A stretch of DNA of 14,090 nucleotides from Chthoniobacteraceae bacterium (GTDB taxonomy: Bacteria; Verrucomicrobiota; Verrucomicrobiia; Chthoniobacterales; Chthoniobacteraceae): contig JANNWY010000324.1 of NCBI GenBank assembly GCA_031409335.1, forward strand, positions 1-14,090, written 5' to 3'. Of this stretch, positions 1-6,012 are shown piece by piece; the stretch's first letter is position 1; each line of letters opens with the position of its first letter. Position numbers and translations under genes: made by a program. The notes beneath the pieces are model-generated. The model searched no databases. It saw nothing but the letters and a program-made list of their open reading frames with translations, and was not told the DNA's origin.

Positions 1-67
1 TCGATCCGGGTCCGCGACCGAATAATAATGGGCCGAATGCTTGAAAAAACGGAGTGATGTTAGGCAT
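1..67 (-). CDS. N-terminus of a probable IS4-family transposase (partial)
   Basis: ATG at 67 gives MPNITPFFQAFGPLLFGRGPGS, open to the window edge and just inside the IS4-like end. Only 22 codons are visible. Confidence 0.45.
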   Translation of the reverse strand, partial: MPNITPFFQAFGPLLFGRGPGS

Positions 68-140
68 ACTTACTTACCATTAACCACCCAGCGACATTAG
101 CAGCTTTTTATCCGAAATTGCCCTTAACTTAATGCCATTC
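1..140 (-). mobile_element. End of an IS4-family-like insertion sequence extending off the left edge
   Basis: The minus strand from 140 reads GAATGGCATTAAGTTAAGG, resembling IS4-group terminal inverted repeats. A near-identical end (GAATGGCATTAATTTAAGG) occurs at 1074-1092. An ORF starts about 70 nt inside. Confidence 0.6.
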
Positions 141-155
141 AAAGCTGACCCCGTT
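141..155 (+). repeat. GACCC-site repeat, partial copy (5' part replaced by the IS end)
   Basis: AAAGCTGACCCCGTT is identical to the reverse complement of 1108-1122. Confidence 0.8.
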
Positions 156-385
156 CTTCGGACCCGCGGTGCCGTAGCCGGGAGCGCGCCAGGTTTCGGC
201 TCCGCTTCGTTCCAAGGGTCTCGCTCGACCGGAAAGTTCCCGGAAGTGCCTTCCCTCGCAGCCGTGGAGGCGGGTCGAAGCAGCGGCGACCGGTGCTCGG
301 CAGCCGCAGATTTCCCTCAGCGCAAGAATATTCTCCTGATCCCTTTCTTCGGCTTGGCGGGGAATGTGGTGCAGGACGTGATCGC

Positions 386-1054
386 CTAAGTCGCGCCTTC
401 TGGATTTGCATTCCGGGGGCGAAGCTCTTGTCCGAGCACCATGCCGTTCAAAGCCAAAGAACCGCCCTTCAGTTCGCTCGATAAAGCCGGCGTTCGATTG
501 TAAACAATAGCAAAACTGTGCTGAGGGAAACCCTGAAGAGGAACGATCTCTATTTGAGGTTCTTCCCATTTCTCGCCGCGTTTCGCGGTCATGGCTTCCT
601 TAAAGGCGAGGACATCAAGACTGCTGACGATATAGGTTTCGTAGCAGATGCCTGCCCGGGGGCCGTGATACGTTTCTCGAACGATAATCTCTTGGTATGA
701 CGGGTTGCGGTTATCCGGCTGACACAGAGCTTTGTAACCCGTGAACAGCAATTGACCATGAACAAATTCCCAGCCGCGAATCGAAAAAATAGGAGGTCTG
801 CTGCGTCGACCGCGGTGCTCCCGAGGTCCGCCTTTAATTTTCCGCGCTTGGTGGTGTGTTCCGTCCGAGTGGTAGGTAAAATGTTCGTCCCCTTCGGTTT
901 GGTGGAAGCGTACTACGATGCCTCCTTTTCCTTCATGCGCAGTAGCAATTGGGTAACGTGCCCCGCCTACTTCGATCAAGAACGAGAGATGCACAGGTTC
1001 AAGCTGTGTTTTCGCAGAGGCGTTCAGGCGACCGACTTTGAGGAAAGGGGTCAT
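386..1054 (-). CDS. Hypothetical protein (orphan-like; start uncertain, possibly GTG at 994 or 5'-truncated)
   Basis: 222-codon ORF with lower GC than the flanks and protein-like composition. The ATG at 1054 lies within a repeat duplication. Confidence 0.6.
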   Translation of the reverse strand: MTPFLKVGRLNASAKTQLEPVHLSFLIEVGGARYPIATAHEGKGGIVVRFHQTEGDEHFTYHSDGTHHQARKIKGGPREHRGRRSRPPIFSIRGWEFVHGQLLFTGYKALCQPDNRNPSYQEIIVRETYHGPRAGICYETYIVSSLDVLAFKEAMTAKRGEKWEEPQIEIVPLQGFPQHSFAIVYNRTPALSSELKGGSLALNGMVLGQELRPRNANPEGAT

Positions 1055-1073
1055 GAGGAAAGGGGTCAGTCAA
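1039..1073 (-). repeat. GACCC-site partial copy with a 15-bp tandem duplication
   Basis: TGAGGAAAGGGGTCA occurs at 1039-1053 and 1054-1068. The minus strand reads TTGACTGACCCCTTTCCTCA-TGACCCCTTTCCTCA. Confidence 0.8.
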
Positions 1074-1107
1074 GAATGGCATTAATTTAAGGCCGGTTTT
1101 CAGAGGC
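1074..1107. mobile_element. About 34-bp remnant of an IS4-like element end
   Basis: GAATGGCATTAATTTAAGG matches the reverse complement of 122-140 at 18/19 positions. It is cut off by a repeat copy at 1108. Confidence 0.55.
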
Positions 1108-1134
1108 AACGGGGTCAGCTTTAGAAAGTCGCTC
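1108..1134 (-). repeat. GACCC-site repeat, full copy
   Basis: The minus strand reads GAGCGACTTTCTAAAGCTGACCCCGTT. Confidence 0.85.
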
Positions 1135-1144
1135 AAGCGCGGCA

Positions 1145-1237
1145 GGCATTTGTGGTGTGGAAAGCATGCAATCCCCAACAATGAAATCCTTTTGGCCGCG
1201 AGGCGAGAGCGATTTTCTAAAGCGGACACTCTGTTCC
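1145..1237 (+). repeat. 93-bp direct repeat, copy 1 (gene leader plus GACCC site)
   Basis: About 83/93 identical to 5270-5362 by hand alignment. Confidence 0.9.
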
Positions 1238-1248
1238 CACTCTGTTCC
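1207..1248 (+). repeat. GACCC-site variant with an 11-bp tandem duplication
   Basis: GAGCGATTTTCTAAAGCGGACAC; CACTCTGTTCC occurs at 1227-1237 and 1238-1248. Confidence 0.85.
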
Positions 1249-1297
1249 GCAATGGAGCGTGGCCGCTTTGCGGGCGCGGCGCAAGCCGCCCCTTCAA

Positions 1298-1352
1298 CTC
1301 GTTCCCAAGCTCCAGCTTGGGAACGCACTTGTCCCCGAAGCTCTGCTTCGCC
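1298..1352 (+). repeat. REP-like double-hairpin element, left of the RAYT
   Basis: 12-bp stem CGTTCCCAAGCT-CC-AGCTTGGGAACG plus CGAAGC-TCT-GCTTCG. Inverted copies lie at 1928-1982 and 2696-2750. Confidence 0.85.
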
Positions 1353-1363
1353 AAGCTCGGCCA

Positions 1364-1919
1364 ATTCGCAGCCGCTACCATGCTCGCGAATCGGATCACG
1401 GATACTTCATCACCGCCACCGTGGTCGAATGGCTGCCCGTCTTCGCCTCCACGGCGTGCTGCGACATCGTCGTGCGATCGCTTGAATACTGCCTGCCCTG
1501 AGCGAAGTCGAATGGGCCGCGAGCACAAAGGGCTGGCCATCTATGCGTGGGTCATCCTCGACAATCATCTCCACGCCATCCTCGCCGCGCCCGATCTCTC
1601 CGCCGTCCTGCGCGATCTGAAGAGCTTCACCGCCAAACAACTCGTCGAGCAGATCAAGGTCGAACGCCGCGAATGGTTGCTCCATCAGCTTCGGCATTAC
1701 CAGGCTGCGCACAAACCGAACGAATATCAGCTCTGGCAGGAGGGGTCGCATCCGCAGCGCATTCTGCGCGATGAGATGATGGAGCAAAAACGGGCATATC
1801 TGCACCACAACCCGGTAAAGCGCGGGTGGGTCAGCGAGCCGGAGCATTGGCGCTGCTCATCGGCGCACGCGTGGATGCCGGGCGCGCAGCCGATGTTGCG
1901 GTGCGATCCGTGGAGATAG
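1364..1919 (+). pseudogene. REP-associated tyrosine transposase (RAYT/TnpA-REP, Y1 HUH family), frameshifted
   Basis: Frame 1 reads (I)RSRY...YFITATVVEWLPVF...SLEYC. Frame 2 reads REHKGLAIYAWVILDNHLHAI (HUH)...RDLKSFTAK...LWQEGSHP...YLHHNPVKRG (catalytic Tyr)...WRCSSA. Removing 25 nt (1493-1517) rejoins the frames. The expected ATG reads ATT. Inverted REPs flank the gene. Confidence 0.9.
1493..1517 (+). mobile_element. 25-nt micro-insertion (TGAGC..GTCGAA type) disrupting the RAYT
   Basis: CTGCCCTGAGCGAAGTCGAATGGGC lies between the codons TGC and CGC; excising it restores the frame. Confidence 0.75.
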
Positions 1920-1990
1920 CGTGCCGCGGCGAAGCAGAGCTTCGAGGAAAAGTGCGTGCCCAAGCTGGAGCTTGGGCACGAGTTAAAAAA
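1834..1990 (+). repeat. About 155-bp direct repeat, copy 1 (RAYT 3' end plus REP)
   Basis: About 95% identical to 2602-2757 by hand alignment. Confidence 0.9.
1928..1982 (-). repeat. REP-like element, right of the RAYT (inverted)
   Basis: GGCGAAGCAGAGCTTCG...CGTGCCCAAGCTGGAGCTTGGGCACGAG. Confidence 0.85.
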
Positions 1991-1994
1991 CCCT

Positions 1995-2333
1995 TCACAG
2001 AGCGAAGAGTGCGCGGAGTCGTTGCTGGACTTGAGCTTGGAGGTTCGGTGTCAGCGAACCCAACTGCCGCTGAATGATTGTGGAGGAAACCGTCACCATT
2101 CGATGCAGGCGCAATGCAGAGCGGACCCGCAACCCCGCGCGTGCGAAATCTGCGCTGCCCGGGTCGAGCAACACATCGGTCGGTTCCAGTGTGGGCGGCA
2201 CGGCGCTCGTGATGAAGGCAAGCACCACATGACGATGCTGGCCTGCTGCGTCGGTAAGACATACCGCTGGCCTGACCTTGCTGCCGGAGAGGTCGTCGAA
2301 CGGAAACGGAACCAGGACAACCCTATACCGCAT
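1995..2333 (-). CDS. PemK/MazF-family type II toxin
   Basis: MRYRVVLVPFPFDDLSGSKVRPAVCL...AFITS...GLRVRSALRLHRMVTV...LGSL carries the MazF-type motifs. It is 112 aa and overlaps the upstream small gene. Confidence 0.9.
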   Translation of the reverse strand: MRYRVVLVPFPFDDLSGSKVRPAVCLTDAAGQHRHVVLAFITSAVPPTLEPTDVLLDPGSADFARAGLRVRSALRLHRMVTVSSTIIQRQLGSLTPNLQAQVQQRLRALFAL

Positions 2334-2562
2334 CGCGGAAAGGCTCGCCGTCGGCTGATGTGTAGATGTCTTCGGCAGGGTCGGCAAGAAACGCGAAAGC
2401 ATCGCTGGACGCCGCTGCCCGCAGCCAAACATCCTCGGAATCCGTGTCGGACGTGGAAGGAAGCAGCGTCACCATGAGGCTGGCGTTGGCGGGCAGGTCA
2501 TACGGCTCATCGAGAACGATGTGCTCGCCGTCGTAGTGGGCTTGAAGTGCTACCGTAGGCAT
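2323..2562 (-). CDS. Putative antitoxin of the MazF-type toxin
   Basis: 79-aa acidic protein (MPTVALQAHYDGEHIVLDEPYDLP...EDIYTSADGEPF) overlapping the toxin start. Confidence 0.8.
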   Translation of the reverse strand: MPTVALQAHYDGEHIVLDEPYDLPANASLMVTLLPSTSDTDSEDVWLRAAASSDAFAFLADPAEDIYTSADGEPFRDAV

Positions 2563-2601
2563 AATCCAAGATGATACCGGGCTTTCCGTTTCAGGGCAAG
2601 C

Positions 2602-2757
2602 GCGAGCCGGAGCATTGGCGCTACTCGTCGGCGCACGAGTGGATGCCGGGCGCGCAGCCGATGTTGCGGTGCGATCCGTGGAGGCAGCGTGCTGCGGCGA
2701 AGCAGAGCTTCGGGGAAAAGTGCGTGCCCAAGCTGGAGCTTGGGTACGAGTAAAAAA
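2602..2757 (+). repeat. About 155-bp direct repeat, copy 2 (RAYT C-terminal fragment plus REP at 2696-2750)
   Basis: Encodes EPEHWRYSSAHEWMPGAQPMLRCDPWR, followed by a REP palindrome. Confidence 0.9.
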
Positions 2758-2831
2758 GCCTGCCTCGTCCGAGGCGTGTTTGAATCTTTTCGCCTCAGCA
2801 GGCCGCCCGATCAAATTCCTTGTGTCACGAT

Positions 2832-2863
2832 GAGCGAGATTCTAAAGCTGACCCTCTGCTTCT
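2832..2863 (+). repeat. GACCC-site repeat, full copy
   Basis: GAGCGAGATTCTAAAGCTGACCCTCTGCTTCT, 28/32 identical to 4219-4250. Confidence 0.9.
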
Positions 2864-3136
2864 CGCGATGTCATGACCAGTAGCGACGCGGGCAAGGCCA
2901 ATGATGCCATTCCAGATGAAGCGGTGCTGCGGTTTGCCATCGGGAACGGCCGTGCGGTGATTACGCACAACCGCCGGGATTTCCTGCGCCTGCATGGCCG
3001 GAATCCGGACCACGAAGGCATCATTGTCTGCACGGACAATCCCGACTTCCCCGCGCTCGCAGCGAAAGTCCACGCCCGGCTTCACGCGATGGAATCTCTC
3101 AAGGGCCAGTTGCTGCGGATCAATCGCGGAGAGTAA
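2864..3136 (+). pseudogene. 5'-truncated DUF5615-like PIN-domain toxin
   Basis: DVMTSSDAGKANDAIPDEAVLRFAIGNGRAVITHNRRDFLRLH...HEGII. The N-terminal 'DEN' strand and helix are absent, and the frame is closed upstream at 2831. It begins immediately after the repeat. Confidence 0.75.
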
Positions 3137-3213
3137 CCCGCCACCTTCGTGAAGTAGCAAGAGCGCCTGAAATCCCGTGCCCGAGTGGCTATGGAGACAT
3201 CGACCCTGAAAGT

Positions 3214-3245
3214 GAGCGAGATTCTAAAACCGACCCCATCTCCGC
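3214..3245 (+). repeat. GACCC-site repeat, full copy
   Basis: GAGCGAGATTCTAAAACCGACCCCATCTCCGC; 3217-3245 is identical to 4012-4040. Confidence 0.9.
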
Positions 3246-4011
3246 CCCCCGCCGCCACGCTGCTGCCAGCACGTCGGCGCGTTGCACTTCTCCATACAGA
3301 CTCCAAAACCGATACTCCGGCTTGGACTTCGCTTTCCGATACAGGGTGATTTGCAGTTGCCGGACTTTGTCGGGTGCTGTTAGCCCTCGCGGGCCGTCAC
3401 CACCGAGGCGGCGGCGCCCGGGACAAGCGGTGGCAGGGTGTCTCGGGCGAGCCGTCCTTCCGTGCGCTTCCCGCCTGCGGAACAAGTGGCGTCCCTTCGC
3501 TCCTCCGCGGGTTCTCCGAACCAGAGGTCCGGCGCGGGATCATCACTACTACGAACGCCTCCGACTCCTGCCACGGCCCGCGCAGCCTTCCCCTTTGCAG
3601 GGGTTGTGCCGCCAGTTGAGTCTTCTTTACTCGCCATGACAGGTTTGCCTCGGATTTAGGAGAATGTTAGCGAGGCTATCTCCGCTGCGCTCCGGTTCCC
3701 CGCTTACCCGCGCTTCACTTCCCGGCATGTCGCCCACGCCGACCCCGCCGGTCCATTGTCAAAACCCACGACGATTGATTCGGGTTCCGACTCTTCGGCC
3801 TTCGCCCAATCTCGAGGGGCTCGGCTGCCGGGATGACTTTTTCGAGGCTCATTTATGTGGTTCATATGTTCATTGCGACCTGCTGGTTCGACTCCATGCC
3901 TGCTCCCCACCCCGCCTCGCGGCGACGCAGTTGGCACGGTCTTCGGTGCTGAACCGTCTAATTGCACCGACGGGACTTTCACCCGCGTTGAGGCGCGCTT
4001 TGCGGGCGCAC
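3246..4011 (-). mobile_element. Group II intron, 5' fragment (approximately domains I-III and the start of the IEP; domains V/VI absent)
   Basis: Starts GTGCGCCCG at 4011, followed by GGGTGAAAGTCCC. It has DII/DIII-like GGAGTCGGAGGCGTTCGTAGTAG...GGAGCGAAGGGACGCC and then an RT N-terminal coding sequence. Confidence 0.9.
3250..3383 (-). pseudogene. N-terminal fragment of a group II intron reverse transcriptase/maturase
   Basis: LTAPDKVRQLQITLYRKAKSKPEYRFWSLYGEVQRADVLAAAWRR, cut off just before the expected 'N.GAPGVDG' motif by the repeat copy. Confidence 0.85.
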
Positions 4012-4040
4012 CGAGATTCTAAAACCGACCCCATCTCCGC
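4012..4040 (+). repeat. GACCC-site repeat split by the intron (the intron's 5' exon)
   Basis: CGAGATTCTAAAACCGACCCCATCTCCGC lacks the leading GAG, which is replaced by the intron 5' end. Confidence 0.9.
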
Positions 4041-4043
4041 TCC

Positions 4044-4205
4044 GCCCTCACCCACTCCGGCAGCAACACGATGTGGATGGCCGTCGCTTGGATCGCCCCC
4101 GCGAAAGACTTCGCCGTCCTCGTCGCCTGCAACCAGGCCAGCGACAAGGCCTGCAACGACGCCGTCCTCACCCTCATCGCCGACCATTTCAAGGACGAGC
4201 GGTAA
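4044..4205 (+). pseudogene. C-terminal fragment of a serine hydrolase (beta-lactamase/AmpC-like family)
   Basis: ALTHSGSNTMWMAVAWIAPAKDFAVLVACNQASDKACNDAVLTLI...* shows the H-S-G triad and the terminal strand and helix. It is not in the ORF track and starts right after the repeat. Confidence 0.7.
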
Positions 4206-4218
4206 TCGTCTTGCGAGT

Positions 4219-4250
4219 GATCGAACTTCTAAAGCTAACCCTCTGCTTCT
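4219..4250 (+). repeat. GACCC-site repeat variant
   Basis: GATCGAACTTCTAAAGCTAACCCTCTGCTTCT. Confidence 0.85.
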
Positions 4251-4546
4251 TGGAGAGAGAATTTTTGGTCAGCACCGGGAACCTTGGAAATCTTATCCAC
4301 TTGATTCTGTGTCAGGTGGACGACGGGCAGTTTCGTTACAGCAGTCGGGGGTGGATATGAAGGCGGTAGCGATAGGATGGAGACATAGGCTGCCTTGCCG
4401 CGTCGCAAGGTTCTTACATAGAATTGTCCTGTGCCTGATATGGGAATTCCGTCAACCAAGATGTCAAAATCAACCTCCCCGTTCTTCAAATCAGCAGCAG
4501 GGAGGTGTTCAGGTAGCGTAACAATAAAACGATCATCAGTTTTCAT
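4235..4546 (-). CDS. Hypothetical protein (103 aa; stop codon lies inside the repeat)
   Basis: Low-GC ORF, co-oriented with the two upstream genes; possibly 3'-truncated. Confidence 0.6.
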   Translation of the reverse strand: MKTDDRFIVTLPEHLPAADLKNGEVDFDILVDGIPISGTGQFYVRTLRRGKAAYVSILSLPPSYPPPTAVTKLPVVHLTQNQVDKISKVPGADQKFSLQEAEG

Positions 4547-4576
4547 ATATTAGGCGTTGGTATTGTGTCGAGGGTG

Positions 4577-5014
4577 CTAGCGGCGAACATAGATGGCGGT
4601 CCCTTGAAGCTGCGCCTGTGAGTTGTGCCCGCCGACTAGCGCAATCGTTGATGCACCTGCCGCCCCGATCATACCGTTCAACGTGCTGCCTGCATTTACG
4701 GAGTTCAGGATAATGCCGTTGGCACCAAGGGAAGCCGCCTGCTTGCGTAACTCATCCACCGCATTTTGGCTGTCGGACTGTTGGGTAAGCCCATTGACGG
4801 AGCGGGACGTGACGATGCCAACGACTTCATACGGCACGGTCGGTGGCTGCGGATAGACGGTAACGCTCATGGGAATGATGGCAGAGCGGCGGTTGCCCGT
4901 AAGGATAGCCGAACCGGTGGCACCGCACCCCTGCAAAAAGGTGGCAGCGCATAAAATGAAAACAACGCGCTGGATTGATTGCAATGGGAGTTTCGTGAAC
5001 GAAATCTGATTCAT
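4577..5014 (-). CDS. Putative lipoprotein, YbjQ/DUF4156-like
   Basis: Signal peptide with lipobox FLQG-C; PYEVVGIV...AVDELRKQAASLGANGIIL pattern; ATGA overlap with the upstream gene at 5011-5014. Confidence 0.7.
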   Translation of the reverse strand: MNQISFTKLPLQSIQRVVFILCAATFLQGCGATGSAILTGNRRSAIIPMSVTVYPQPPTVPYEVVGIVTSRSVNGLTQQSDSQNAVDELRKQAASLGANGIILNSVNAGSTLNGMIGAAGASTIALVGGHNSQAQLQGTAIYVRR

Positions 5015-5292
5015 GGTTCGAGGACGGGTTGCCACTGCTTTTTGTTTGAAAACTGATAGGTGCTAAGGATGTAAGTGGTGCCTGTCCAAGTGTCGATGCG
5101 AAACGTGTCCGACTCTGTTGCGTGGAGTTGGTAACGATTGCCGACGGCCAAATAGCACAGGGCACTTGTCACAATGCCAATCATCATGCCGCAAAGTGTG
5201 GTAAAGACATAGCGAACGACAGGAGTCTTCGGTGGGGATAAATCAGTTGTAGCGTCCTCCTGTGATGCTGGCATTTGTGGTGTGGAAGGCAT
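5011..5292 (-). CDS. Small single-pass membrane protein
   Basis: Hydrophobic segment YVFTTLCGMMIGIVTSALCYLAV followed by RYQL...FRIDTWTGTTY; coupled to the downstream lipoprotein. Confidence 0.65.
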   Translation of the reverse strand: MPSTPQMPASQEDATTDLSPPKTPVVRYVFTTLCGMMIGIVTSALCYLAVGNRYQLHATESDTFRIDTWTGTTYILSTYQFSNKKQWQPVLEP

Positions 5293-5362
5293 GCGTTTAC
5301 CAACAATGAAATCCTTTTGGCGGCGAGGCGAGAGCGATTTTTAAAAGCTGACCCTCTGTTCC
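5270..5362 (+). repeat. 93-bp direct repeat, copy 2, including the GACCC site at 5332-5362
   Basis: The site reads GAGCGATTTTTAAAAGCTGACCCTCTGTTCC; the whole segment matches 1145-1237. Confidence 0.9.
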
Positions 5363-5381
5363 GCACTCCTGACCGGCAAAC

Positions 5382-5595
5382 TCAGCAGATGAGCCAGGGC
5401 CGGAGCACCAGTTTGCGCACGCCGGGGCGGCGGCGCACGGGGCCGCCGCGATGCGGCAGGCGGGAGGGTTTCGGCCTGGTCGAGCAGGCGCGTGCCGAGC
5501 CGCCCGGCGGCGGCGGGATCGCGCGGGGCGATGTCACGGACGATCTGCTCGAGATCGGCGAGGGCGAGCGTGCCGGGGATTACTTTGTCATCCAT
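5382..5595 (-). pseudogene. RelE/ParE-family toxin, frameshifted and 3'-truncated
   Basis: MDDKVI...ALADLEQIVRDIA..DPAAAGRLGTRLLDQAETL, frameshift, then RLPHRGGPVRRRPGVRKLVLRPWLIC*. The final ParE strands are missing. Confidence 0.75.
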
Positions 5596-5798
5596 CCGGC
5601 GAGGCGCTGGCGCGCTTCCTCGATCGTCACGCCGGGGCCGGTTTCCATCGACGCAATGCCGGCGTCGATGGCGGCGAGCATTTCGGGCGTCTCGTCGATC
5701 TCCAAGCCGGCGTCGAGCAAGACGAGACGGCGGAGGATGGTTTGCCGTTCGCCGTCGTCGAGGCGGGGCAGTTCATCGAGGATTTCGGTCATGCTCAT
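5580..5798 (-). CDS. Putative antitoxin (addiction-module type)
   Basis: 72-aa acidic protein (MSMTEILDELPRL...LAAIDAGIASMETGPGVTIEEARQRL) overlapping the ParE start. Confidence 0.75.
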   Translation of the reverse strand: MSMTEILDELPRLDDGERQTILRRLVLLDAGLEIDETPEMLAAIDAGIASMETGPGVTIEEARQRLAGWMTK

Positions 5799-6012
5799 GG
5801 ATCGGGGTTACACGATGGAAGCAGCGAGGCAGCGCGCCTCATTTCGCACCGCGCGTCGCGGGGGTGGCGGCGTTCGTGGGCGGCTTTCCGTGACTCATTT
5901 TGACGGCACAGGTGGGAATTGGGCCGATCGAATCTTTCCTGTTAAACAAACAAAATTGGGACACTTGCGGAAAATGCTCGGCGGCTCGCCGCTGCCTGTG
6001 CAGTTTCCGCAT

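Noticed and set aside
160..385. Possible ncRNA or short ORFs
   Set aside because: No convincing structure or protein motif was recognised by eye.
1265..1293. 14-nt match to the intron 5' end (GCGCCCGCAAAGCG, minus strand) next to a GCGGC-GCAA-GCCGC hairpin
   Set aside because: It lacks the GTGCG start and any further intron similarity; it may be chance or an unrelated hairpin remnant.
1828..1835. GGGTCAGC (repeat core) inside the RAYT at the edge of the 155-bp duplication
   Set aside because: It is only 8 nt, explained by the codons for W-V-S, and lacks the rest of the motif.
3664..4521. 285-aa plus-strand ORF
   Set aside because: It is antisense to the intron RNA, crosses two repeat junctions and is low-complexity P/S/R-rich.
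141..5362. CRISPR array or integron attC array
   Set aside because: Spacing is irregular and hundreds of bp long, and orientation is mixed. The repeats lack the paired R''/R' boxes and long hairpin of attC (GCTAAC appears in only some copies). No cas or intI gene is visible.
5366..5392. LLTGKLSR* resembling an HsdS C-terminus just after the repeat
   Set aside because: Eight codons are too few to support the call.
5275..6012. N-terminal 246 aa of the 840-aa ORF
   Set aside because: It overlaps the minus-strand TA genes and a repeat. A signal peptide starts at ATG 6013.
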